Below are positions 47,428-60,751 of a DNA stretch of 64,000 bases, one piece after another. The DNA is from Dipteris shenzhenensis (Eukaryota): NCBI GenBank assembly GCA_047967505.1, contig CM106538.1. One strand, given 5' to 3'. Numbering within the stretch: position 1 is the stretch's first letter; each line of letters starts with the position of its first letter. The notes below the pieces were generated by a model, which ran no database searches, was not told the origin of the DNA, and was given only the letters and a program-made list of their open reading frames with translations. The position numbers and the translations under genes are program-made.

Positions 47428-49206
47428 CTCGCACACACTCTAAAGCAATCAATAAAGGCAGTCCATTTTATCTATCTATCTGAGATCACTGGTTGAGTAA
47501 GGAGATGTCTAAGGCTTTGGTGATCAGTCTTAATAATTAAGGACTAGTAGATTGTAGCACGTCAATCAAAAGAATTCACGAACTAATTAAGGACTGGGAG
47601 ATTATAGCACATCAATTGCAGATTACAAAGACATAGTTTGAAGAGGACTCTTATAACTCATCCATGCTATTTGAAAAACCCAAGTCACTCACAACAATGT
47701 GTCTTGCATAGGATAATAAAAGGAGGCTGTCTCTAATAGACATAATGCTAAAGAGGATAAAGCTAAGGAGGACAAAAGGACACTATGAAAAGTAGGGATA
47801 TCACCATGATAAGGCAAGACAAGATTTTCATTCCAATATGCCTTCTTAAATAGGCAACTCTACACAATCTTCTTTATTCTTCTAGATACATTCATCCAAT
47901 CATTTTTAGTCACAATCATTCTCATCCAATCATATTTTTCTTCTCTACCACTCTTCTACCCTTCTCAAACTCTCTAGCATCATATGTTCCAACAAACTCA
48001 CTAAGGATGGCATCATCCCTGGGCTATTATAATCAGAGCATATATTTGGCTAGCTAGAAATGAGCTATTGTTAATGATTTGTCTGTTAGTGCTATGGATT
48101 TTTTTTCTTATTAGTTCAACAGAGTGTTTCTCTTCCAAAATTGATGATTACAGTGTGCCTTCTACTAAGCTACATTCCTCTATGAGGCCCTGTGGCACCT
48201 TGATCATTATGTCTTCAACTATAATGATGCACGTACTCAACTGCAGATGGAAGTGGATGAACATAATAGCATGTTTATCAGTTGCAAAGACATTATCAAA
48301 GACACACAGAATCATGTCATTCCTTTGCTTTTTCCCTATCAGAGAAGAAGTGCTTTGAACCAAGCTCGGCTCATCCTATTTCCAGAGATATAAGCAAGCT
48401 AACTTTTGCCTTCTAGGAGCCTATTAGATACTCCCTAGACGGAATCTGTTTTGCTGTCTACAAATATTATCGCTTGAGAGAATTTTTAGTTAGCGTGGTT
48501 TACCTCAATGTGCAGCAACTCTGAAATGACATTGTACAAATCTTATATGGTAATGTAATTACAAAATGCTTTGCTCAAAAAAAGTATTAGAGACATCACA
48601 ATATGGTCTTGAACATAACCCTTAATCTTTTTCAAGGACTTTCTAGACTTATGCCTTTTTCTTCTCTAGAGCTCTGAGGCTACTTAAATACCAAAGCATA
48701 CACACTCGGATAGGTCATGCAAAATAATCTCAATTAATAACTGCACAAACCGAGTCACATTAAGAATCACTAGAAAATGATTTTTGACTTAAGCATCCTA
48801 GATCATAAAGTATTCTAGACTTGACTTTAGACCTCATGTGAGTGAGATTTCTAAAAGCCATGCATAGTTAAGCATTGGCATACCACAACATATTAGGAAG
48901 TGTGTTTGTTTGGAAAAGCTTGCATTTCTATTTAGGACTAATGAATAATCTTCCAAGCTTTTGCTTTATAAATTTCATAAAATGCTAAAATGTTTTAATT
49001 ACTTCCCACTACATGCCCACCTTCTAAGAAGAATATGAGCTAAAGCGAACCCCATTTTGGTCCTGATAAGCATCCATCTTTGCACGATAGCCAATGTTTG
49101 TAACCACGCATCTCTAAGTCTGTTGGCAAAGGTGGAACATGTGATCTGTGGTGGAACATGGGGCTAGTGAGAAAACAAAGAATGTGCAGTAGTAGGGGAA
49201 TAGTTA

Positions 49207-50339
49207 CTACTGGCACACAAAGCTGGCCTTCATCCTTTGAACGACCCCCTTGTGTTCTTGTGCAGGAAGCTCGCCCACAGCAATCATCTGTTGAACACGA
49301 TCTGTTATCTCGGCCAACTCTTTTCTCTTTGTCTCTTCGATTTCTGCCTTCCACTGCATCACGACAAATCAACATCAGCACAACATAGCCTGTTTTCTTG
49401 ATCTTGGAGGCGGAGCGGGATCGCGCTGCTTCGCCAAGAATATGCACCCTTCAACCAATTGACTAAATGCTGAACGATTCTTTGATTAGCACGACTTAGG
49501 AAAGGCCTGCATTGCCAAGGTCACTAATTCATGACGAACAAGGATTCTCCAAGTTTAGAAGAAAATGCAGCATTACCAAGATTACACTTAGCGCAATCAA
49601 CGTAGACCATCAAGATTCATCGGTGCCTGTATCATTTTGGGGGGATTAGCTGGCTTACCCTTTCTGCTTTTGTATATGTGTCTGCTATAGCCGCTTCTGC
49701 CTCTTCCTGAGCCCGTGAGTTGATCCTGTTTGCTTCCTCTCGAGCTCTTTCCAGTATCTTTTCGGCTTTCACCTGCAACTTGAGACGGGACTTGTCAAAC
49801 TTTGCCGCACAAAGATCATGTTAGTGCACACGCACAAGGTAAGTGCAACTGATTACTTACAGCAGCGTGCCGGATGACACGCTCTGCCCTTTCCTCCTCG
49901 CGCTTCTTGGTCTCCAAAGCCCTCGATTCGTCGTGGTTCCTTTGCCTTTCTGCTTTTGCCTGCTAGAACGTGGATTTGACTGTGAATCGCTTGCTTGGGG
50001 ATCCCTAAAGAAACACACAACGAAAGCCGGTTCAAGACGTACTAACCATCGGCTCACCAGATTTTTCTGGGCGCGAGCTTCCACCTTTCTTGATTCGGCC
50101 TCCTTGTACGCATGCGCCTCCGCCTCGACCCTCCCACGGTGCGCCTCGGCGAAGGCCTCCGCCTTCTCATTCAAAGGCTTCGTGTTCACAGACGAGGTGC
50201 TGTTGGGGGAAAGCCGGCCAGATTTGGCATCCTGATACAGCACGGGCGAAGCGGTGGTAGCTACCAGAGCTCTGTTCTGATGCGCCAAGGCGGGGATTGG
50301 GGGGGCGTCACCATTGTCGAGGTGCTTGGGATTTTGCAT
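49207..50339 (-). CDS. Remorin-like coiled-coil protein, 213 aa, 4 exons (50339-50058, 49959-49861, 49772-49659, 49353-49207)
   Basis: Three GT-AG phase-0 introns give an open frame: Pro/Ser-rich N-terminus, then EAEAHAYKEAESRKVEAR..KAEKILERAREEANR..WKAEIEETKRKELAEITDRVQQMIAVGELP..KASFVCQ stop. Confidence 0.8.
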
Positions 50340-50544
50340 TTCCCAGCGGCCGAGGCAGAAGAAGAATCAAAAACGTGTGCAAAGAAGGAAGTTTGAGAGT
50401 GTTTGAGGTAAAAAAGGGTGCAGGGCGGAGGAAACCATCGCCATGCAAGATCAGCAGGCTTTCGTCGCCATGCAACAAAGCAAAGATCTTGCAGCAAGAA
50501 TGGCCCCCTCTTTCATAAATTCCTCGGACATTTGAATTCAAAGC

Positions 50545-51360
50545 ACATTGCCTAAGTTGTTAATCTTATCTAGGTTGGTATCCTCCTTCCAAAGGAGAGG
50601 TGCCCACAATGTGCGATCTCAGATCATGTTCCACCGCTATGGAGATTCCACCTGCCGGGCCAGATTGGCAGGTCAATGGATGTACCCTTAAAATTTAAAA
50701 AAAGTCTGCCTAAGATCGAAAGTCTTCTGCACAGCAATTAAAAGGGCGTGGAAGGACGGAGATCCATCGCGAAGTGAACCTTGTGCCAGGTGGGATGCCG
50801 CCATTCGTAGAGTGATGAAGATAGTAAAGGAGGCGGACATTCAGTGCAGGAGTAGCAAAAAGAGGGAGGAGGAAGACCTTTGCCAAATCAAAGAAGGTCT
50901 GCGGACGGCGCTACAGGAGTCCCCCAAGGATTCGACTTTAGGTACGCTTCTCTCCTTGATCGAGGCCGCTATGCAGAAGCTAGTCTAATTGGTTGCAGTA
51001 GAACAAGCCTCGCATTAATAGCAGGCTAGCGTGGTTAGCAATGGGAGACTACCCGATAAGGACTTTCTTCCAATCACTCAAAAGGAACTAGACTAGAGAT
51101 CACATTGACAGGATCATGGATGGTGAAGGCCGATTGGTGATGGAGTTTGGCACGTGGCAGAGGTCTTTAAAAGGGAGTTGAGTGCAATAGTGGGCGAAAA
51201 CGCAATCCAAGATAACGACTGGCGAGTCAACATGGACCGAGCCCTTAGGGGCCTAGAATGTAGAGTATCGGATTATCAAAGAAGAAGGATGGCCAGACCA
51301 TTCTCTGTCGTGGAACTCGAGGAAGCCCTTAAGGAGTTAGCAAATGATAAGTCTCCAAGC
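50545..51360 (+). pseudogene. Old L1 ORF2 fragment (endonuclease end to RT start)
   Basis: SDHVP at ~50619; RPFSVVELEEALKELANDKSP at ~51295-51357. Confidence 0.7.
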
Positions 51361-51398
51361 ATTATAAATTGCTATGTTGCATGTGAAGCATGCATCCT

Positions 51399-54300
51399 TG
51401 TTGGCTCTTTCCCATGGCTTCCACAGGAAGAGCAGAGTATTCTCAGTATGCAGGGTTCCGAGGCTTTTTGTCACCTAAAGATATATCAGGGTTGTCGTTT
51501 GTAGTATACGTGTAGCTTAGGACCTTGAGTTGTATATTGGTGAGAGACATAGGCTTAAGTGTGGTGAGCAAACATAGTGTATGCATGTGTAAAAGGAACG
51601 TGTATCATCATGGTTGAGGTAATGAAGGCTTTCGCCTTCATTGGAGGTTGCAAGGTTTAGAAGGAGTTTAAGGGTTAGAAGGAGGTTCCCGAGTTTAGAA
51701 AGAGGTTCCAAGGTTTAGAAGGAGGTTTCAAGGGTTAGAAGGAGATTCCAAGGTTTAGAGAGAGGTTCCAGAGTTTAGAAGAGGTTCTAGGGTTAGAAGG
51801 AGGATCCAAGGTTCAGGGTAGAGTATATGGTGGAGAACTTGTCTCCCTCGTAAATCATGGAGGTTAAGGGTTGAGGAACTAAGGGTTTAGGGAGAGCATA
51901 GGAGTGGGAGAGGAAGAAGGTGTAAGAGCATGGGAGAAAGAAGAGAGAGGAGGGAGGAGGAGAAGGGAGGAGGAGGAGGAGGAGGGAGGAGGAGAAGGGA
52001 GGAGGGAGGAGGAGGAGGAGAGGATGGATTGCCAGGTTGGAGGAGAGGGGAGGAGGAGTTACAAGGTTAGGACATGCTTTTGGACTTGGAGTGCAAGGAA
52101 GCATGGACACTTGAGACAATTGCTTGGAATACCAAAGTAGAACTCAACACAATGCCCCAAAGAGTGTGGGCTTCATTCCATTATGGGGTATTTATACAAG
52201 TTGGAGAGCTTCTCTCTCTGCATGTAGGAATTGTAAGACATTCTCTACAAGTTGCAAGTTACATGTGGGAGTTGCATGTTGCATGTAGGAGTTGCATGTA
52301 GAACTCACACGTAGAACTTGCATGTAGAACTTGCATGTAGGAGTTGCATGTAGGAATCGTATGTAGAACTTGCATGTATTTCTAGCCTTATGCAAGTACA
52401 AGCGGAGCTTTGCCGCTACTCTACACACACATTTTGTACTACCTAAGTCCATGTTCGCACTCCCGAATCCATTTGATTACCCATCCTCGAGTTATGGCTT
52501 ATTTTGATTTCGAAGTTGGGATGCCATGTGCGTAACGCAGTGGCTGTTGAGCTTGCCATGTGCCGGTCATTGTGCTATAATGCTTTTGCACCATACCATT
52601 TGTGGTTTGTAGTCAGGAAGCTAATCTCCTCCTAAGGAGGGGTAGACGACTGTGAATTTTAGAGGGGATCTCATTGTTGAGGCTACGGACTCTGCCATCG
52701 AATCTTCTTGGAAAGAGGTTTGGCGGGGGTCTCGTTGTTGAGGTTGGTATTTCTTGCTATCTTGCATACATGTTGGATGCGATTGCACCCGTATCATTGA
52801 GCTTGTAGATAAGTTTGTATGCAAATCTAATATTTTTACATTTAGGAGACGGCTGTGATGTTTGGTGGGGGTCTCGTTGCTGAGGCTACATACTCTTTTG
52901 CCAATTCATCTTTATATTTGGCATAGCTTCTTGTCCTGGTTTTGAATTCATTGCATGCTTTGAGAGTATGGAATGAAAGTGTGTGATACTATTATTGATG
53001 CAATCTATTATGTGCCTATGCAAAATTGTGTGAGTGCACGTGATGTGTCGATTAACTATATGCTTATTTGTGGGATTTAATAGGGAAACTAAGACTAAAT
53101 CATCCCTAAAATTTGATTAGGTCTTCCTAAATGTGCAAAAACGTGCATATGCCAGTGAGTGTGCGTGTAACAATCTAGTGCAAACTATATGTGCAAAAAC
53201 GTGCATATGCTAGTGAGTGCGCTTGTAACAATCTAGTGCAAACTATTGAAGACTTGGGGTTCCCAAAACTTCATTATTGTCAGGGATGGCTTGCGTGTTG
53301 ATGTTGTATCGCTTCAATCGAGTCCCGTTTATGGTTGTGTTGAATTGGACTCCATCCAATGCTCATCCAATGTTTCTAGCAGCACAACTCCGATGGGATT
53401 CATCTTTCTTACTCGGTAGGGTCCTTGACCTAGATACTTCAGTTTCCACTTGTGTACTTTGGCCTTGTATAACAAGACCAAGTCACCTTCCTTGATGTCT
53501 TTAGCTTTAAGATTTCTGTCAAAGCATGCCTTTCTTCTGCGTTTTTCTATTGTCATGGCATGGTAGGCGACTAGTCTTGTCACTGCTATACGTAGGCTTG
53601 GTATTACAAATTCTAGTGGGACCACAGCTTCAAGGCTGTACACCAATTGAAAAGGTGTGTTCCCTGTACTAACCTTGAGTGTGGTTCTGTATGCCCATAA
53701 GGCTGCATTCAATTTCTCTGCCCAATCAGAACGCTATGGTTCTACTACCTTGGTGAGGATAATGCATAATATTTTATTGGTGGATTCGGCCTGTCCATTC
53801 CCTTGGGGGTCACTAGTAGGGTGTGCTTTTTCTATGGATTATCATAAAGCCAGACAAGAGTTCTTGGATTACCTCATTGACAAAATGTGTGCCTCTATCC
53901 GACACAATTTCAATGGGGCATCCGAATCGGGTGATCACATTTTCGTATAAGAATCTTGTTGTGCTTCTGGCATATGCCTTTCTGACTGCTTTAGCTTCAG
54001 CCCATTTTGTAAAGTAATTAGTGGCCACAATGATGTAGCATGCCTGTGTTCCCTTTTTGCTGGATGGATGGGACCCACATAGTCAATCCCCCATTTTTCA
54101 AATGGTTTTTGTGCAACAATTGTTGTTAGGGGATTGAAGTCTTTGTGTTGTGGTTTAGTAGTCCGTTGGCATACATCACACCTTTTACATATTCATAGGC
54201 ATCTGCCCACAGTGTTGGCCACCAATAGCCTGCAAGGAGGACTTTTCTTGGTGTGGCTTCCCCTTGGAAGTGTCCTCCTGCAATGCCATCATGAACTTCA

Positions 54301-57300
54301 CTCAGGATTGGCATGATCTCATGAGGCATTACACATCTTCTTAATACCTGGTCCTTGCCCATCTTGTATAGTTGTCCTGCAATGAGTTGATAGGGCGCAG
54401 CCTTTAGAATTAGTTTTCTAGCATCTACAGCTTTCATTTCAGGGGGTGGTCTTCCTACCATTAAGTACCCAATGATATCTCCACACCACTCTGGAACAGC
54501 ATCTATTTGAAATAGTGTGGCATCTGGCAAGTTGTCTTCTACTCCAGTGGCTTCTTCTCCCAACTTCACACAAGACATGTGATCGGCAATGTAGTGTTGG
54601 GCACCTTTGCGGACCACTATTTTGAAGTTGAATTCTTGAAGCAAGAGGAGCCATCTGGTTATTCTTCCTGTTGTACACAGACAGTTCACAAGATAAAGCA
54701 ATGCTTGATGGTCGGTGTAGAAGACAAAATCATTTGCCAGTAGATAGTGCCGAAATTTCTTAACGCTAGATGGACAAAAGCAGGAGAGCCTAATCCGCCT
54801 TCACAGAAACCCTCATCCACATTTAAAGCAACTGAATAACACAATCACAAGGCAAAAGGCATTTATTCAACATCCTTGTCTCAACACCCCTTACATTCAA
54901 TTCATACCCTGGCTACATTTTCTCCCAAGCCAAACAACCTAAACAACCCAGTGGATTATACATCTCAACACAAGCTCCTACTAATTAAGCTCAAGCTCAG
55001 GAAACACATAGATGACCCATGAACCATAAAACTCCAGAAAATGACAACTTCAGTTGTGCATAACAACCATGAACACATCCTGACAACTCAAGGTACAACA
55101 ACCGTGCTCACATTTCCTCTGACAAAATTCATGAAGAACAACCCCAGATCTCTTTGACTTCAAGTAGCATATGCTCAAACACTACCCTGTAAGAGGTGTG
55201 CTATACAAGCATGTTATGTAATTATAGCACCTTGGACTCCATGAAGCTCACTTTTCATCATTTACATGCTGCCCATAACCTCGTCATCACAAGAAAGGCT
55301 TCTTCTATAATCAACAATGAGCACCGGGTATGCTACAAGCATCCAAGCATACACACTGTCTTTACAAGATATGCATGGGGATGTACATAGCCAGGTCACT
55401 GTCAAAAACCTACCATCTAGAAACTCCCTTTGAATCATTTGTGTATTGAGGTGAGCTAGGCTTCTTTGATGCAACTCGCCATCCCGTCTTCTCTTCCGGC
55501 CAAGTCTCAAAGACAAGCACTTAACACCCACAGCCAAGCCTCTCTGCTCGTCCTCTCTACTACGTACCTTGTCTCAAATCCTCCAAAAAACAACCGTATA
55601 CCACATGGCCTTACCAACTTGCATTCCAGAATTATAGAGAACCTCATCGCGTGAAGATAGCCAGCAGCCAACTGCTCTCTCGTCATCACAGAACACCCAG
55701 CACTCACGATCCTCTAGCCTCGTTCCAAAGTTCCCAGCAAGAGCTAACTACGCCTCACAGCTCCTCCTCTATCGTCCAAGCCCAACCCTCCAAAGCTCTC
55801 TCTCAGTAGTGCTGCTATCTCTTACTCACAGAATTCGTGGCACTCGTGGACTCCATCAACAGTCACCTCCACATGATCATAGCACTGTAGCTACTCTCTT
55901 CTCACAGAGCACAACCACTCATGGACTCCAGGCCTGCATAGGAGCGATGCACCCAGCCAAGTCCCTAAGCTCTCCACAGAAGCAAACAGCCGTAATGCAT
56001 TTGTCACATACAAGCTCCTAGCTCACGTACAATCAACGATCAACTACCTTGCAACCTCTCATAGTTGCTTCTACAGCGTCCTAGAGTTCACAGAGCTCAC
56101 GACCTCCTTGGGCAAACCTTGACCTCCTTCGTAGCTTTCGGTGTAGGCCTTCCCTCCAACGGACCTCCAGTCGGCTCACGTACCGAGATCCAAAGCCCCC
56201 GGCTCATCATATCATCTCCTCGCTGCTTCTGTGGCCTGTCTCTGCCCCCGTGCAATGACTCCCTTGTTCTCAGAGCTCATGAAGCTCCCTTCTCTTCCAA
56301 GGTCCTCCCGCTTCTTCTGTGGCAACACCTCTACTGTCACCAAGCTCTCTTCTACTCACCGCCTAGTAGCCTCAACTCCAATACGAGCCTCCCTGCTCAC
56401 CACAGAGCACACACGGACCTCTGGCCTTCACGGTTCTCCTCCCTTCCACTACGATCCTTCCAGCATAATTACGTCCATCCGCTCCCAGCTCTTTGCAAGC
56501 TCATCGAACAACCGAGCTTCCCCTCCCTGAAGAGCCCCAGTCTCCCTTTCTCTCTACACAATCCTTCCCCCTAGGCCACATTCCAGCTCTCAATGGTCCT
56601 TTTCTCTGTGCACCGGCCCCTTCCAGCAAGCCTCCCTCTCTGTCGTTTGAGATCTTCATTGCTGTTATCCCATGTGCTTGCCAGCTCGTCGACGAGAAGC
56701 ATCCTTTCCTTCTACATAGCATGCATGGCCTCCTTCCTTATAAATTAGCCATGTCATGCTTCCTTTTTTACCACTCTTCCACCTTGCCTCAAAAACATTA
56801 CACCAAGACCATTGATGCCCAAAATCCCATCCTTTAACACACCAATGCATGCCACAAGCGCTTAGCATCTAATTGCCCACCGACCATCCACATATGATGA
56901 ACACCATCCTAACACAATGGATTTTCAAGACAACCACGACAAAAAAATGCTCAGGCCCTCATACAAAAAGGATTCGGGACAACCATGAAGAGTACATGTC
57001 ATCCCACAACAAAACCTCGTCACACTCTAAATATCATGCTTTGGATTATTTGGTGATCCTACACTGCACTTAATTATCTCCCGAAGTCCCTGTGGAAGTA
57101 TCAACCATCTCAAGAAAGTATATCATCAGTGTGGAGTCCTTCATGAGGGTGTCCATAGCTCATTTCCACCACCAACTAGCTATGTACATAGCTATGCACT
57201 CACCCATCAACATGCAACAAGTGAAAAATATTTTTTCTTTTTTATCCACACAATGCTATACACCATTGCTAGGGCTTCTCTTTCTGTGGTGGTATAGTTG

Positions 57301-57987
57301 ATCTCAGCATCATTGAGTTGTCGACTGGCAAAGTAGAATGGGTAGTCTTTCTTATGTTCACCACGTTGACAAAGCACACTCCCAATTGCATACTTGGATC
57401 CATCAGTATGAACATGAAAATCAATATCCCAATTAGGAGATATAAGGATGGGTGTTGTGATTAGGCACCACTTTAAAAGCTCAAAGGCTTGGTGGCACTC
57501 TTCTGTCCATAAGAATTCTACTAATAATTTGTAAAGTGGTCTAGTTATCATGGCATACCGCAATATAAATCTTCTGTAATAGCCGGCATGTCCCATAAAG
57601 ACCTGTACACCTTTGGAATTTGTAGGAGGCGGCAATTCCATGATGATTTTGATTTTTTCCATGTCAGTTACAATCCCATGTTGAGAAACGATGTGTCCCA
57701 AAACAACTTCGTGGGTGACCATGAACTGGCATTTTGTTGGATTTAGGGAGATGCCATACTCCCTACATTTGATTAGTACTGCTTCAAGACATTTGAAGTG
57801 TTCTTTTTTGTTTGAATGGATGCACAAATCATCCAAGAACACTTGTGAAAACTTATTTAGAAATGACTTGAAAGCTATGAACATGACTCGCTAGAATGTG
57901 GCTGGGGCGTTACAAAGGCCGAATGGCATGACTCTATATGCAAAAATACCCCATTCTATAGCAAATGCTATTTTTGATTGGTCTTTA
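51399..57987 (-). mobile_element. Gypsy element B (same family as A, opposite orientation): 3' LTR, 3' UTR, INT, RH, part of RT
   Basis: LTR 51399-52460; 52460-54768 and 57252-57987 are the reverse complement of ~37045-40100; interrupted at 54769 and broken off at ~57987. Confidence 0.92.
54769..57251. mobile_element. 2.5 kb non-coding insertion in the RNase H of element B (unclassified)
   Basis: RH sequence resumes exactly across it; flanking duplication aacgcta (54762-68) / aatgcta (57252-58); weak terminal inverted similarity tggacaaaa / ttttatcca. Confidence 0.7.
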
Positions 57988-58510
57988 AACACAGTATTAG
58001 ATAAAGTGGGACAAAAGTTGCATTTTGGGAATTTCGAAATTGGGTGGATTTCATTAAAATTGGGAAAGGCTTCATTAAATTTGGGAAAATTTCCATTGAT
58101 TGTGGGAATTTTACCAATATTGAATAAGCTAATATTTGGAATTCCAATGATTATGAAAAACTTCATTGGTTGTGAAACAGTTCATTGCGTATAAAAACCA
58201 GAACAAAGCATTTGTGGCAGAGTTTGAAAATCATGTATTTGGTGGTGTTAATAAACACCGTCTAGGGACAACATGTATATTTTACTTGAGGTGTTAATAA
58301 ACACCAATTGGTGGTGTTAACAAACACCATGCATAGTGAGCTCCACTAGAAACAAAGCAGTTGTTAGTGAAGGTCAGCTTCTGAAAATTGTCATATTAAT
58401 AATATGCAAATACCCATTGACAAGATAACAACAATTGAGAAACATCACATGAGAACACACCTTACAATGGAAGTTTGGGAGATTAAGAGGGAGAAAATCG
58501 ACACCATTTT

Positions 58511-59450
58511 CTATGCTCTGATACCAAGCAAGCTCTCTTGTGCTTTGATACATACGCTTTGTGGAATCTTGATCTTCTTGGGTCTATTTATGGATTTTGA
58601 TGTCCATGACCAGACAATTGCATCAATACACTCCCATACCTGTGGATCCAACCTATTCTCTGCCCAATACTTGTTCCAGTAATCAACATAGGCATCTGCA
58701 TCACTGAGCCCCTTTCTCTTAACTGATGGTGCCCAATATTGAATTAATAATTTCTTGAAATTAGGAGAAGCAGCATCCATCTCGGCACTTGATATGGAAA
58801 CCCCAAGCCATATGGGGTATATAGGATCTGATGGGCTCACCAAGACGAAGTCACCTTGCTTAACATCCACCATTGGTCTAAACTCTTCCCTCAGCTTACC
58901 TTTTAGAGGCCCACAATAGTGATCATTCCATTCCTCATAGCCTTGGAAATCATTAATGCAAGCATCTATATCATCCTCCTCATCAGGAGATTGTGTTCTT
59001 GGCCAAAACTCTCTGTACACTCCTATCTCTGAGATGTTTTCCTGTTCGAGCTCACCGATCATGGTTTTCCAATAGTCTATCACTGGCCTAATGTAGGACT
59101 CATAGGATGCATTCTTTCCACTTGCACATTTCTCCCAAAACTTAATGTAATCCTTTATCCCTGATATTACTTGCAAGTGATCTCTCACAAATGCAGCCAT
59201 TGGCAGTATATCCGAACAACGTGTTGGCAACAATGATCGACCCTCACTATCTTTCTTCCATAGCTCAATTCCCCCTTCAATGGGCATCCAATTCGGTGAT
59301 TTTGGATGCACCTTGTACTGCATCATTGGTATGTCACCTTGCATGTAAAATCGAAATTGTAATGGCTTTGCATGTCCAACTAGCATTTCTTGCCCATCAC
59401 ATAGGTAGCCATCTACATAATCCTTGAAGTTAGGAACCAAATGGTGCTGG
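58511..59450 (-). pseudogene. 5'-truncated putative DNA-transposon protein, C-terminal part (~310 open codons)
   Basis: VPNFKDYV..GHAKPLQFRFY..PMMQYK..WMP, then VKQGDFVLV..PIWLG..IQYWAP and a Trp-rich tail; resembles transposase-associated proteins from memory only. Confidence 0.45.
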
Positions 59451-60751
59451 TGAAGATGATGTACATTTTTTGAATGGATCAAGCTAAGTAGTTATTGAAG
59501 TACATTCTTATGCTCTTGAAAAGACTGTAGTTCTTGTCAAGGCCTATTACAAGAGGCTTTTAGAGCCTTGTGTGGTTTATGGAGCCCAAGTGTATACTTG
59601 AAGCTCAATGACACATCTCTAACTTCGTATATCTCGCCGTCCTTGCTTATTTCTCTAGAAGGATTTTGGCTGACACCACTACTTTAACGTCCCTCTTGTT
59701 CTCTGATCATAAGCCAATTTTAATATCCCTTGAGAAGGGTGTAGAGAGGATTCTTAGATCCTAGTTTAATGACAATGATTTTAATAGGTTACATAAAAAA
59801 AAAGTGCATAGGTGGGATATATTAAACGTGTTAAATTTGTTTTTTAACAAAATGCAAAATGTTAAACTAATGAAGGTAAAATTTTGAAAAACCCTAGTAC
59901 CTTCTCTTTCATTTCGCTCGTTGCCCTATGTTGATCGCCTCGCATGCCGTGCTGCTGTGGATCTCCTCGTGCGTGTAGATAGCTTTTCCTCACAATATCC
60001 TCAAGCATAGCTTTTCCTCAATCGTAGATTCCTCGTGCACGTAGCTTTTCCTCGTGCTCATAGCTTTTCCTCAAGCGTAGCTTTTCCTCAAGGCTCTCAC
60101 AAATCCTCTTTTAAGCTTACACGTATGCATTCCCGGGATTCAAAAGGTTTTTATTCACAAGGTAGATCTCAAGCTTCTGCTTCAGTGACGGAATCGGAGA
60201 AGCATAGACTCAAGGAGCGCTTCGTTCATGGACGCCTCCTTAAAGAATAGAAAATCAGCCGCCTTCCGTTCCAATCGCTACTACAAGTAATCGGCGCTTC
60301 GTTCGTAGTAGCGAGTCTTGGATCAAGTGCATCGAGCAGTCTGAGTCCGTCACGGGTATATCTCTCCTCTCTTTCTTTCAACCCTCCTATTATCTTGTTG
60401 CGTCGATGGTGGACGAGGAAGCCAAATTGCAAGAAAGAAAGCAAAAAATCCAAAAATTAAAGAGGAAGCTATCGAACTGATTGAGCGTCAATTGTGTTGT
60501 TTCCTTCCAGCTCCATCAACTACGACCATCAAGCTCCGTGCGACCTCCTTGATTCAGCCCCTGCCTCAAGACTCTCCATACGAGCTGTGGTGAGTAAAAC
60601 TCTGAGACTCTGAGACTCCTCTCCAATTTGTTTGGAATGAATAGAAAGTGAATGAGGGAAAGGCATCAATTGAAATGAGAGAAAAGGTCTTGATTTGTCT
60701 GAAATGTAGATTTGAAAGTTAAAAGTGATAGTTTGAAACTACTAAATAATT

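Noticed and set aside
49040-50235. Unspliced ORFs 49040-49447, 49857-50339 and antisense ORFs as separate genes
   Set aside because: Better explained by the four-exon model; the read-through portions are intronic or out of frame
55196-57073. ORFs within the 2.5 kb insertion
   Set aside because: Ser/Pro/Leu-biased products of skewed composition; no recognisable domain
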